Shown piece by piece: positions 9,687 through 19,269 of a stretch of 64,000 bases of DNA. The position numbers and the translations under genes were made by a program. The stretch lies in NCBI GenBank assembly GCA_026390285.1, contig JAPLGH010000046.1, positions 868-64,867 of the forward strand, read 5' to 3'. Every line of letters starts with the position of its first letter. Positions within the stretch are counted from its first letter, which is position 1. The notes below the pieces were generated by a model. That model was not told the DNA's origin, did no database searches, and worked only from the letters and a program-made list of their open reading frames with translations. This stretch comes from Caldisericota bacterium. Its GTDB lineage: Bacteria; Caldisericota; Caldisericia; Cryosericales; Cryosericaceae.

Positions 9687-11603
9687 ATGGGAATCACGGA
9701 CAACATCCTCAAGCGTATAGGACTGGGCAAGCCATCCGGGGACCAGCCTGTCACGTTCTGGTCCAAAAACCGCGGGTGGCTCTTGCTGGCCATCACCGGA
9801 GCCGTGTTCGCCGCATATCCGTTCCTGCCGTTCATCTCCGACTACTGGATTGACGTCGCCTTCTTCGTAGGCGTCTATGCGCTGCTTGGCCTCAGCCTCA
9901 ACATCGTCCTGGGTGAAGTCGGCCTGTTCGATCTCGGGCACACCGCGTTCTATGCCATCGGTGCCTACGTCACAGCCATCCTGAACACGACCCTGCATAT
10001 TCCCATCATCGTGCTGCTGCCACTAAGTGCCCTGATCGCTGCGGGCTTCGCCTACCTGGTGACATCGCCCGTCATCCACCTGAAAGGCGACTACCTGTGC
10101 ATCGTGACCATCGGCATCGGCGAGATTGTGCGTCTGACGATGATCAACAACCCCTTCAACCTGACAGGAGGGCCCAACGGCATCAACGGCATCGGTGGAC
10201 CAAACTTGTTCGGGCTGGCCATCAACTCATCGACGCAATTCTATTTCTACACCTGGATCATCATCGGGGTCATCGTCTTCGGTCTGATACGCCTGCAACA
10301 CTCCCGCATCGGCAGAGCGTGGAACTACATCCGTGAGGACGCGACTGCGGCTGAGGCAAGTGGTGTGGACGTGCGTTCCTACAAGCTGCTGGCCTTCGTC
10401 CTGGGCGCCGCCATTGCTGGCATGGCCGGCAACATCTACGCGTCCAAGCAGATGTCGATCTCACCTGGCAGCTTCACCTTCATCGAGTCCTCGTTGCTCT
10501 TCTGCATCGTCTTGCTGGGTGGCCTAGGATCTATCCCTGGCAGTATCTTGGGAGCCGTCGTGGTCGTCGTGTTCCCCGAGGTCTTCCGTCAGTTCGCCAG
10601 CTACCGTCTGCTGTTCTTTGGACTGGCACTCATGCTGATGATGATCTTCCGCCCCGGCGGCATGTGGCCGCGCAAGAGGGAGGGCACCGGACTGGACGGT
10701 CTGGGCATCCGGGGGCTCCCCAGGAATGACGAAGACCTCATCCTGCTGGGCAAGCCAGATCCTGCCATCCTCAAGCCGGCCACCACAGCCGTCGTCAGAG
10801 GCGTGAGACTCCCGCCCGTAACGGTACCAATGGACGAGGAAATGCTGCTGCAGACACACGGTGTTACGCTGAAGTTCGGCGGGCTGACTGCAGTGAACAA
10901 CTTCGACCTGAACGTACGCACTGGCAAGATCACCTCGCTTATTGGGCCCAACGGGGCCGGCAAGACGACGCTGTTCAACATGATCACGGGCATCTACAAG
11001 CCCACGTCGGGGCAGATCGACTTCCTTGGGCGTGATATCACGGGTCTCAAGCCCCACACGATTATCAGCTATGGCATTGCCCGCACCTTCCAGAACATAC
11101 GGCTGTTCCCGTCGCTGACCTGTATCGAGAACATCATGTCGGGCCCCCACTGTCATGCGCGGTCCGGAACATGGGCCGCCGTTATGCATACGGTCGCCGA
11201 AGTCCGTGAGGAACGGGACATCGTCGCGACGGCTGCCTACCGCCTCGACGAGGTGGGCCTGTGGAGCTACCGCAACGAACTAGCCAAGAACCTGCCCTAC
11301 GGCAAACAGCGCTATCTGGAGATCGCCCGCGCACTTGCGACTGCCCCCCACCTTCTGATTCTGGACGAGCCCTCTTCTGGACTCAACGACAAGGAAAGCG
11401 AGGACTTGATGGTCTTGCTGCAATCACTTGTCAAGGAGGGATTCACGCTGCTGCTCATCGAGCATGACATGCAAGTCGTCATGGGCATTTCGGACTGGGT
11501 TGCCGTCATGGACATGGGGCAGAAGATCGCTGAGGGTCTGCCAAAGGACGTCTACAACAACCAGCGCGTCATCGAAGCCTATCTGGGCAAGGAGGATGAC
11601 TGA
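9687..11603 (+). CDS. livM: Fused BCAA ABC permease + ATPase (LivM-LivG fusion)
   Basis: LKGDYL and LTGGPNG permease motifs, linker, then GPNGAGKT, ARTFQ and LDEP in one frame. Confidence 0.85.
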   Translation: MGITDNILKRIGLGKPSGDQPVTFWSKNRGWLLLAITGAVFAAYPFLPFISDYWIDVAFFVGVYALLGLSLNIVLGEVGLFDLGHTAFYAIGAYVTAILNTTLHIPIIVLLPLSALIAAGFAYLVTSPVIHLKGDYLCIVTIGIGEIVRLTMINNPFNLTGGPNGINGIGGPNLFGLAINSSTQFYFYTWIIIGVIVFGLIRLQHSRIGRAWNYIREDATAAEASGVDVRSYKLLAFVLGAAIAGMAGNIYASKQMSISPGSFTFIESSLLFCIVLLGGLGSIPGSILGAVVVVVFPEVFRQFASYRLLFFGLALMLMMIFRPGGMWPRKREGTGLDGLGIRGLPRNDEDLILLGKPDPAILKPATTAVVRGVRLPPVTVPMDEEMLLQTHGVTLKFGGLTAVNNFDLNVRTGKITSLIGPNGAGKTTLFNMITGIYKPTSGQIDFLGRDITGLKPHTIISYGIARTFQNIRLFPSLTCIENIMSGPHCHARSGTWAAVMHTVAEVREERDIVATAAYRLDEVGLWSYRNELAKNLPYGKQRYLEIARALATAPHLLILDEPSSGLNDKESEDLMVLLQSLVKEGFTLLLIEHDMQVVMGISDWVAVMDMGQKIAEGLPKDVYNNQRVIEAYLGKEDD

Positions 11604-11604
11604 C

Positions 11605-12345
11605 ATGGCGACGGTCCTGGCCATCAAGAATCTGGTCGTCAATTATGGAGCCGTGGAAGCCCTCAAGGGAGTCGACGTGGAGCTGGGCGAGCACGACATC
11701 GTCGCCGTGCTGGGCGCAAACGGGGCAGGCAAGACGACGCTGCTCAAGTCCATCTCGCGCATCCAGTCCATCAAGAGGGGTTCCATCGCGCTCAAGGGAC
11801 TGGACCTTGCTACAGTACCGGCATTCCGCCTCGCAGGGCTTGGCATCGCGCATGTGCCCGAGGGAAGACACGTCTTTGCCACCCTCACGACGGAGGAAAA
11901 CCTGAACCTGGGCGCCTACGGCGTCCGCAGTATGCCGGCCGGCAAAGAACTGGAGAAAACCAAGGAATGGATCTTCAGCCTCTTCCCCATCCTCAAGGAA
12001 CGGCGCAAGCAGCTGGCGGGTACGCTCTCGGGTGGTGAACAGCAGATGCTGGCCATCGGGCGCGGTCTCATCTCCAAACCCCACGTCCTGCTGCTCGACG
12101 AACCCTCACTGGGACTTGCCCCCATCATCGTCCAGGGGATCTTCCGGGTCATCCGGCAGATCCACGAGGAAGAGGGGGTCTCCATCCTCCTGGTGGAACA
12201 GAATGCCCGCAAGGCGCTGGGCGTCGCACGTTACGGCTACATCCTGGAGCTCGGCAAGATCGCCATCGAGGGCGACGCCTCCGACCTCAAAAACGACGAG
12301 CGCGTCCGTGCCGCCTACCTTGGAGGCTCCAAAGTCAATTGCTGA
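11605..12345 (+). CDS. livF: BCAA ABC transporter ATPase
   Basis: GANGAGKT, LSGGEQQM, DEPSLGLAP. Confidence 0.9.
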   Translation: MATVLAIKNLVVNYGAVEALKGVDVELGEHDIVAVLGANGAGKTTLLKSISRIQSIKRGSIALKGLDLATVPAFRLAGLGIAHVPEGRHVFATLTTEENLNLGAYGVRSMPAGKELEKTKEWIFSLFPILKERRKQLAGTLSGGEQQMLAIGRGLISKPHVLLLDEPSLGLAPIIVQGIFRVIRQIHEEEGVSILLVEQNARKALGVARYGYILELGKIAIEGDASDLKNDERVRAAYLGGSKVNC

Positions 12346-12467
12346 CCTGAATCAGCGTTCCTCCTCTCCGGGGCCCGGTGGATGCCGGGCCCTCTTGCCC
12401 GCTCAGCAGAAGCGAGGATATACCACAGACGCAGACAGCCGGTACCGGCGCATCACGGTGCGCCACC

Positions 12468-12511
12468 TTGAACAACGTGTTGATTAACGTACGATGTGAG
12501 CGGATTCACAA
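12468..12511 (+). promoter_or_regulatory. AOR promoter with overlapping TGTGA-N6-TCACA operator (Rex/CRP-like)
   Basis: TTGAAC-16-TACGAT, then aTGTGAgcggatTCACAa at 12494-12511. Confidence 0.6.
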
Positions 12512-12529
12512 CCAACCGGGAGGTAGAAG

Positions 12530-14704
12530 GTGAAGACCATCGAGGAAATGCGGCACGCACACAAGGTCCTGGCGACGTATTCCTACAAGCCTGCCAGAAT
12601 CGACAAGGGGTACACAGACCGCAGGCTGTACGTCAACCTGACGACGAATGTCGTCGAGGAACGTCCCATCGAACCAATGGTCAAGGAGAAGTTCACGGGG
12701 GGACGCGGCTACGGGATGTACTATCTCTGGCAGGCGGTCAAGCCGACGACGCACTGGAATGACCCCGAAAATGAGCTGATCTTCTGCGCTGGACCACTCA
12801 CTGGTATCACGCAGTATCCCGGTGCCGGAAAAATGCATTCTGTGACAATCTCTCCAGAGACAGGAGTCCCCGTCGACAACAATGGCGGCGGCTACCTGGC
12901 TCCGTATATGAAGTTCTCAGGTTTCGACGCGATCGAAGTACAGGGCAAGGCTGAAGAGGATGTTATCATCTTCATTGATGGTAACAAAGGCCTCGTCACC
13001 ATCGAGACCGCCCCTGAAGAACCCGACAACAGCTGCGACCTACCAGAAGTCCTGCATGAGATGTATGCTGATGGCGCCGGCGATCGCAAGAATGTCAGTG
13101 TGGCAGTCTCGGGTACTGGTGCAGAGCACTCACTCCTCGGCCTCATCCACGTGAGCTACTGGGACGCCAAACGAAACCACACGCGCCTCAAGCAGCTGGC
13201 GCGAGGCGGACCGGGGACCGTTTTCAGAGACAAGAAGATCAAGGCCGTGGTCGTTCATTTTGCTGGAACGACTCCCCTTATCAACAATCCAGCTGACCTG
13301 GAGCCCATCAAGACCGCCGGTGCAAGGATGAACAAGGAGATCCTGACGCTCGACCACACCCATAGCAGGATGCGCGAGATCGGAACTGCCAACACGGTCG
13401 AAATCCTTGACAAGGTCGATGTCCTTCCGGTCAAGAACTTCAAGTTCGGCTCGGACGCCAGAACAGTCGACATCAGGAGCGACGTGTGGTTCCGCCTCAT
13501 CAGTCAGGACATGCCCGATGGCTGCTGGCTGGGTTGCACCATGTCATGCGCCCATGGCATCGACACCGTTCAACTGAAGACAGGGCCTCTCAAGGGTCAG
13601 AAGGTGCTCATCGACGGGCCCGAATATGAGACGGTGGGTGGGCTGGGATCCAACACAGGCAGTTTCGACCCGCTGTTTGTCGCCGAGGCCAGCTTCTACT
13701 GTGACTACTACGGTATCGACCTGGTAGGTTTCGCTACGACGCTCGCCTTTCTCATGGAGTGTTATGAGAATGGCATCATCAACAAGGAGATCACGAGCGG
13801 ACTTGACCTGCACTTCGGCAGCGACATGGACGCTCTCGAGCTAATTCATCAGCTTGGTGAGGGTCATGGTTTCGGCGTGGTCGCCGGACTCGGCGTCCAT
13901 AGACTGAAGAAGCTCCTGGCCGAGCAGTACCATGCTGATGCCGACTTCCTGAACGACATCGGCATGGAAATCAAGGGAATGGAAGTCTCAGAGTACATGT
14001 CCAAGGATTCGCTGGCTCAGCAGGGCGGATACGCCATGGCCACCAAGGGTCCCCAGCACGACGAGGCGTGGCTCATCTTTATGGACCAGGTCAAGGGTCA
14101 ACTGCCGACGTTCGATGACAAGGCCGAGGCTCTCTCCTTCTTCCCCCTGTTCCGGACCTGGTTCTCACTCATGGGCCTGTGCAAGCTCCCTTGGAACGAT
14201 TCTGAGCCGCGTGACAACCGTGACAAATACACGGGCATGCAGGCTGCCAAGATCCCTGAACACATCGAGAACTACCTTTTGCTGTACAAGGGCATGACGG
14301 GCATCGCGCTCGATCTTGACGGACTGCTTGCCCAGAGCAAACGCGTCTATGACTTCCAGCGCGTCTTCAACCTGCGCATGGGCCAGGGGACCCGCAACAA
14401 CGACTGGATGCCGTACCGTGGCATGGGTCCGGTTACCGAAGAGGAGTACCGGTCCCGGGCGGAGCGCTACGACACGCAGTTGACCGAGGCCGCACACGTG
14501 GACATCGCAGGCATGAGCCTTCAGCAGAAGATGGCAGCCCTGCGCGAGTACCGTGAGTCGCAGTACCGCCAACTTCAGGATGCGGTATACGCACGGCGCG
14601 GCTGGGATGCTGACGGAGTCCCCACACTGGAGACAGTGAAGGCGGACGGCATCGACTTCCCTGAACTTGTCGACCTCATCGGGAAGCACACACACAAAAT
14701 ATAG
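12530..14704 (+). CDS. aor: Aldehyde:ferredoxin oxidoreductase family (tungstopterin) enzyme
   Basis: GGRGYG, GPLTG, CWLGCTMSCAH, GPEYET, RGWDADGVPT. Confidence 0.9.
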   Translation: MKTIEEMRHAHKVLATYSYKPARIDKGYTDRRLYVNLTTNVVEERPIEPMVKEKFTGGRGYGMYYLWQAVKPTTHWNDPENELIFCAGPLTGITQYPGAGKMHSVTISPETGVPVDNNGGGYLAPYMKFSGFDAIEVQGKAEEDVIIFIDGNKGLVTIETAPEEPDNSCDLPEVLHEMYADGAGDRKNVSVAVSGTGAEHSLLGLIHVSYWDAKRNHTRLKQLARGGPGTVFRDKKIKAVVVHFAGTTPLINNPADLEPIKTAGARMNKEILTLDHTHSRMREIGTANTVEILDKVDVLPVKNFKFGSDARTVDIRSDVWFRLISQDMPDGCWLGCTMSCAHGIDTVQLKTGPLKGQKVLIDGPEYETVGGLGSNTGSFDPLFVAEASFYCDYYGIDLVGFATTLAFLMECYENGIINKEITSGLDLHFGSDMDALELIHQLGEGHGFGVVAGLGVHRLKKLLAEQYHADADFLNDIGMEIKGMEVSEYMSKDSLAQQGGYAMATKGPQHDEAWLIFMDQVKGQLPTFDDKAEALSFFPLFRTWFSLMGLCKLPWNDSEPRDNRDKYTGMQAAKIPEHIENYLLLYKGMTGIALDLDGLLAQSKRVYDFQRVFNLRMGQGTRNNDWMPYRGMGPVTEEEYRSRAERYDTQLTEAAHVDIAGMSLQQKMAALREYRESQYRQLQDAVYARRGWDADGVPTLETVKADGIDFPELVDLIGKHTHKI

Positions 14705-14730
14705 TCTTCAGCCAGATCCACCAAACCAGA

Positions 14731-14761
14731 AAGCCCGGTTTCGACGAGACCGGGCTTCTTT
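14731..14761. terminator. Bidirectional terminator
   Basis: AAGCCCGGT...ACCGGGCTT with T tail; duplicated at 19205-19239. Confidence 0.8.
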
Positions 14762-14791
14762 GCTATTCGGGGAGAGGTGCATCGTCTACAG

Positions 14792-14913
14792 TTACAGGAC
14801 CCAGTTGAAGAAATACCCCACGATGAGAATACCGACTCCCACGACACCGATGAATGTTGCAAGCAGCCTTGGCTTGAGAACGCGGCGCAGGATAATCATC
14901 TCTGGCATCGAGA
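14792..14913 (-). pseudogene. 3' fragment of DUF318/ArsP permease
   Basis: Translates SMPEMIILRRVLKPRLLATFIGVVGVGILIVGYFFNWVL*, paralogous to the end of 19270-20220. Confidence 0.85.
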
Positions 14914-14914
14914 C

Positions 14915-14980
14915 CGCATCGACTCATGTGAAATATACGGGAACTGGCCTATCTCAGCTCATGAGAAAATGGAGGTGAAG
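14915..14980 (+). repeat. ~65-bp direct repeat, copy 1
   Basis: CGCATCGACTCAT.TGA...GAACTGGCC...TCAGCTCATGAGAAAATGGAGGTGAAG; copy 2 at ~17326-17390. Confidence 0.8.
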
Positions 14981-15396
14981 CGTGACAGAATACTGCTGGT
15001 CCTTGGAATGAGAAATGGGCAGCGGGAATGGAGCTCACAATGGTCAAGGACCAGTAGTGTCCACTGCCCGGACGTGTCCAAAGACAACAAACGAGAAGAG
15101 ACGACTATGAAAATCGTCGGAATCATCGTCATGCTTCTGTTCTACGTGCTCGCTCGTGGCAAAATCAACATGGGGGACTAGGTTTGAGTCCACGGGAGAC
15201 GAACGTGCCAACTACACGTTCCCCTTCAGTATGATCAGCCCTCTCCGTGAAAACTGGGTAGGCTTGTGCCCATCTTCCTGGTCTTTCTCGCAGTGAGGAT
15301 TTCTCGGAATCGATTCCTTGGCCGGGGCATGATTCTTGCTGTCCAATGTGTCCGCTTCAAGTTGGCTGCATCACCCTTCCGCCTTAGAACACAAAG

Positions 15397-15957
15397 CTAG
15401 TTTTTTACCTTATTGGGTGGCTGTTGCCCTGCATCGATATTTTCCAGCCATGCCTTATCGGGTCTTAACCGAAGTAGAAATTCCATCAGCATACCCATTA
15501 AACTAAGTGCGGCGAGCGTTAAAACAAATCGCAGCGAAGTAAAAGCGATTCCCAAAAACTTAATCTCCACCATCAGCTGTGGAATCTTAAGGGCTGCCCA
15601 TGAGCCTAGAAAAAAAACGATATTGCTAATGCGTGCACCTTTCCTCAGCAGAGAACCTGCCATAGGGAATGCAACATATAGGGGCCCTGTCGGAAGAGTT
15701 CCAAGTGCAAAGGCAATCGCAGCTCCTTTAATACCAGAACCGCTTCCTAACCACTTTTGGATTTTATCCTTCGGAATCCAGATTTCCATTAGACCCATCA
15801 GGATAAAAACAGGCGGCATAATAAGAATCATCTCTTTAAGATAATCCATCGTAACAATGGATGAACGCCTTGCGGTATCTGGTAGCCATATGGCTAGAGC
15901 AATAAAAACCATGGCGATGATGATGGGGAATTTGAACTTCTTTATCATATCCATCAT
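15397..15957 (-). CDS. Half-size DUF318-like permease (downstream partner)
   Basis: MPPVFILMGL...GPLYVAFP...KIPQLMVE; paralog of 23922-24464. Confidence 0.8.
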   Translation of the reverse strand: MMDMIKKFKFPIIIAMVFIALAIWLPDTARRSSIVTMDYLKEMILIMPPVFILMGLMEIWIPKDKIQKWLGSGSGIKGAAIAFALGTLPTGPLYVAFPMAGSLLRKGARISNIVFFLGSWAALKIPQLMVEIKFLGIAFTSLRFVLTLAALSLMGMLMEFLLRLRPDKAWLENIDAGQQPPNKVKN

Positions 15958-16433
15958 AACAGCACCCCCATAATTCCGGCGATTACCAAGGCTGCGACAA
16001 AGCTCAGCCCATTACGCAGCAGCGTGAATTTTCTCCCTAGTGCTTTCATTTCCATGGGGGCTGTCACAACACCAACCATTACCAGGGTTGTAATAAAAGC
16101 AGAAATTGTCATCACAGTTGCCCCAGAACGCAGTAGAGAGCCAGCCAGCGGAAAGGCAACCAAGGACGGTATCAAAGTAATAGCTCCAATTACTGCTGCA
16201 ATGATTGTTGCTGTGAATCCTGCCTCTGAACCTATAAGCCTTGATATGGTCTCAGGTGTTAAAATTCCTAATGTCAATCCAACAATTCCCAAGACCGTCA
16301 AAAGACTTGGAGCAGTCTTTAAGAGTGCCTTTCCAGCAATGAGAAAAGCTTGCTTGGTTTTTTTCCTGCTTTTTGCAAGGGAGGCTCCTAGACATAATGC
16401 CAACAGGCCATATATCGTAATGATTGTCGTCAT
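15954..16433 (-). CDS. Half-size DUF318-like permease (upstream partner)
   Basis: GAITLIP..VAFP...MVGVVT.P.E...RN; paralog of 24461-24943. Confidence 0.8.
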   Translation of the reverse strand: MTTIITIYGLLALCLGASLAKSRKKTKQAFLIAGKALLKTAPSLLTVLGIVGLTLGILTPETISRLIGSEAGFTATIIAAVIGAITLIPSLVAFPLAGSLLRSGATVMTISAFITTLVMVGVVTAPMEMKALGRKFTLLRNGLSFVAALVIAGIMGVLL

Positions 16434-16447
16434 TTGGCATCATCTTC

Positions 16448-16756
16448 CTATTCTCTCGTCTTGATTTGAACACCCATAAGCCTTGCTCCGTCAATAGTTT
16501 CCATAGACAAAAGTGCGGGCTCACTGATAAAAACCTGGTTCTCCTTAAGCGTTGCAGATTCATCATTTTTTCTTAACAGAACTTCACCCTTTACTACATA
16601 AAACATGACAAAGCAATCCATCTGGCAATCCGGTACTTTTTGTCCAGGCTTCAAATCAATTACTCTTGTCTTAAATAGATCGTTTTGGAAAAAGACATTC
16701 TTTTCTCTTTGCTCATATGCTTCTGACTCCAGATTCACTAAATCAAATATCTCCAT
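16448..16756 (-). CDS. Cupin-like domain protein
   Basis: LKPGQKVP...FYVVKGEV beta-strand pattern; GGGAGG RBS. Confidence 0.65.
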   Translation of the reverse strand: MEIFDLVNLESEAYEQREKNVFFQNDLFKTRVIDLKPGQKVPDCQMDCFVMFYVVKGEVLLRKNDESATLKENQVFISEPALLSMETIDGARLMGVQIKTRE

Positions 16757-16800
16757 TGTTTTCCTCCCCTTTTTGAAATTCGTCATAGTTGATACAACAT

Positions 16801-17169
16801 CTAATACTTCAACGACTCGTACCTATTAATCAACTTCTCGATATGTGCTTTTCTACCTTTTAGCGCCTCAATCCAAGTCACCAGTTCTTTTTGCCCGCTG
16901 TCTGTAATGTTGTAGACTCTCCTTCTAGGTCCTTGACCGGCTTCTTCCCAGACCGAAACCACTGAGCCTTCTCTTTCCATCTTTCTGAGTGTCCTATAGA
17001 GTGTGCTAACATTTACTTGCTCTTCTGAAAAGCCGAAATAGGAAAGCCTCTCTATCAGCCCATAACCATGCCCTGTTTCTTCGTGCAGCAATGAGAGCAA
17101 ACACACCTCCATGAACCTTTCCATTTTATGATGCTTGCCGTTGCAGAATGGATTCATCTCGTCTCTCAT
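16801..17169 (-). CDS. PadR-family transcriptional regulator
   Basis: HGYGLI...TLYRTLRKME.EG...GPRRRVYNITDSG. Confidence 0.9.
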   Translation of the reverse strand: MRDEMNPFCNGKHHKMERFMEVCLLSLLHEETGHGYGLIERLSYFGFSEEQVNVSTLYRTLRKMEREGSVVSVWEEAGQGPRRRVYNITDSGQKELVTWIEALKGRKAHIEKLINRYESLKY

Positions 17170-17325
17170 ACCTTGATCTCCTTTCATATCTACATTCATA
17201 GCACCTATATGCATCAAGACTATAGTCATGTCGGCTATAGTACATCGCCATTAATGAAGGAATCCTGCCATATCTTCACAATGAATCATCCATTATGCAT
17301 ATTTGCTTCAATCAACGAGAGGGCG

Positions 17326-17390
17326 CGCATCGACTCATATGAGACAAACGTGAACTGGCCCCGTCAGCTCATGAGAAAATGGAGGTGAAG
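17326..17390 (+). repeat. ~65-bp direct repeat, copy 2
   Basis: Matches 14915-14980. Confidence 0.8.
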
Positions 17391-17620
17391 GAAGCAGCTA
17401 CGCGCACATTTCTCTCGTGAGTTCACGACCTGATAACGCACGTACTCTCCTACGTGAATTGATATGAAGGTTCTGTGGTGATCCTGATCGCAAGGGATTC
17501 AGGCTCGGTCTTCGTGAACGATTTCGTACTGCGTACTGGTTGAATATGCCAAGTTGTTCAACTAGACTACTATTCAGATGAAAAATCTCTTCCGTCTCAG
17601 ATAAAAATGGAGGCGTCAAC

Positions 17621-17755
17621 ATGGCAATGTCAACATTCAAGGCTGTTTCGCGTAAGTTGCCCGGGGGTCTTGCTATCGAAAGCGAGTCCCGCGGTTTCAA
17701 GGTGGTCATGGATGAACCGCCGTCTCTGCAGCGTTTGCCAAACCTCAGCGGGTAG
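17621..17755 (+). pseudogene. Truncated OsmC-family 5' fragment
   Basis: GGAGG RBS; MAMSTFKAVSRKLPGGLAIESESRGFKVVMDEPPSL then an early stop. Confidence 0.6.
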
Positions 17756-17897
17756 CAGGTTTGCAGAAGTTCCGCCGTCCGGCGAGGCTTCACTTAGAGA
17801 AGATGATGTATATTTTCGAGTTGATTCGTTTCATGTTTTATGGACATTCTAGATGACGCGATACGCTTAGTGTAATATCTACGAGGGAAGTGACACA

Positions 17898-18233
17898 ATG
17901 ATCATTGCTTTCGCATCAAAAAACCACCTTGGATTAAACAGTGATTTGGGTAGCGATATTTCTCACTCAGAATATTTCACTATTGTGGAGATCGAAGATG
18001 CAAAGCTCAAAAAAGTGAGAAATGTGGAAAATGTCTTCTTCAAGCAAGAAGTAGATGCAGTAGCGTTTGCTGAGTTCATTAAAGAGACGAAGGCAGAGAA
18101 ATTGGTTGTATCGTCTGTTGAGAATGCAGCCATAACGAACGAGCTTCTTAGGGGCAATGTATCGATACAGGAAGGAAGTGCGGGCCGAATTGCAGATTTA
18201 TTAGAGAATTTCCAGAATATCATAGCGAGGTGA
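17898..18233 (+). CDS. NifX/NifB-like (FeMo-cofactor-binding domain) protein
   Basis: MIIAFAS...SEYFTIVEIED...VENV pattern; the usual HFG motif is degenerate. Confidence 0.6.
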   Translation: MIIAFASKNHLGLNSDLGSDISHSEYFTIVEIEDAKLKKVRNVENVFFKQEVDAVAFAEFIKETKAEKLVVSSVENAAITNELLRGNVSIQEGSAGRIADLLENFQNIIAR

Positions 18234-18238
18234 GTGGA

Positions 18239-18448
18239 ATGGCGAAAAATTGGTATCCTATAGTAGATAAGGACAAATGTATTCAGTGTTACCAATGTGT
18301 AAACTTCTGTTCACGTGGCGTATATACAATCGGTAAAGACAAATATCCGGAAGTAGTAAATCCAGACAACTGTGTTGAATTTTGCCGAGGATGTTCGAAG
18401 ATTTGTGATAACAATGCTATCACTTATTTTGGAGAGGGGAGGAAATGA
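18239..18448 (+). CDS. 2x[4Fe-4S] ferredoxin
   Basis: CIQCYQCVNFC and CVEFCRGCSKIC. Confidence 0.85.
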   Translation: MAKNWYPIVDKDKCIQCYQCVNFCSRGVYTIGKDKYPEVVNPDNCVEFCRGCSKICDNNAITYFGEGRK

Positions 18449-18450
18449 AT

Positions 18451-18831
18451 ATGAGTAAGAAAGGATTACTATTGTGCGTGTGCCAGGGAACATGTCCGTC
18501 ATTTCAAGCGATGGACACATTTGAAGTCTTGAACACCTTGAGAAGAGAGAATATGTTCGAATGGGTAGGAGTTCATCCACAGCTTTGTGCAGAAGATGGA
18601 GACAGATATTTAAGAGAACTGCTACGAGGGGCTGAAATTGATGAACTCTATGTCGCTGCCTGTGATCCTACAATGCAGAGAAAAATGTACAGAGATGCAT
18701 TTGATAGTGCGGGATTTGCAAGAGACAAACACATAGGCATCGAAATAAGAAATATGAATACAGAACAGGTGGTGAACAAGATACGAGAGGCGGTTTCAGA
18801 AAGAGAACAGTCACAGAATAGCCCGGCATAG
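18451..18831 (+). CDS. Stand-alone HdrA N-terminal-like Cys protein
   Basis: LCVCQGTC...HPQLC...YVAACDP...IEIRN. Confidence 0.7.
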   Translation: MSKKGLLLCVCQGTCPSFQAMDTFEVLNTLRRENMFEWVGVHPQLCAEDGDRYLRELLRGAEIDELYVAACDPTMQRKMYRDAFDSAGFARDKHIGIEIRNMNTEQVVNKIREAVSEREQSQNSPA

Positions 18832-19183
18832 GGCCAACTGCCGACGATTGCCGACAAGGCTGAAGCTCTCTCCCTTTTCCGAACCTGTTTCTCACTCATG
18901 GGATCGTGCAAGCTACCGTGGAACGGCTCGGAGCCCAGGGACAACTACGACCGCTACACTGGTATCGAGGCCGCCCATGGACATCGCAGGCATGAGCCTT
19001 CAGCAGAAGATGGCAGCACTGCACGAGTACCGAGAATCGCAATATCGCCAGCTTCAGGACGCGGTCTACGCGCGGCGCGGGTGGGATGCCGACGGGGTAC
19101 CGACACTCGGCACGCTCAAGAATGACGGCATCGACTTCCCCGAGTTGACCGAACTCGTGGAGCAGCACGCACACAAGGGATAG
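18832..19183 (+). pseudogene. Degenerate second copy of AOR 3' end with internal deletions
   Basis: Matches 14097-14250 and 14486-14704; ends MSLQQKMAALHEYRESQY...RGWDADGVPT. Confidence 0.85.
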
Positions 19184-19204
19184 CCGTCCAAGGGAACATG
19201 TATG

Positions 19205-19239
19205 CACAAAGCCCGGTCTCGTCGAGGCCGGGCTTTGTG
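19205..19239. terminator. Bidirectional terminator (duplicate of 14731)
   Basis: CACAAAGCCCGG...CCGGGCTTTGTG. Confidence 0.8.
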
Positions 19240-19269
19240 GTGTTCGAGGGAGTTGCGTATCGCCAGCGG

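Larger units (their letters stand above)
14097..14913 (+). repeat. Left copy of diverged duplication (AOR 3' end + terminator + permease 3' fragment)
   Basis: Aligns by eye with 18832-19391. Confidence 0.85.

Noticed and set aside
9687-11603. LivM-LivG fusion as a novelty
   Set aside because: Such fusions are common in bacteria.
14975-15390. Short ORFs at the island's left edge (e.g. MKIVGIIVML..., 15107-15181)
   Set aside because: Too short and unrecognisable; probably debris.
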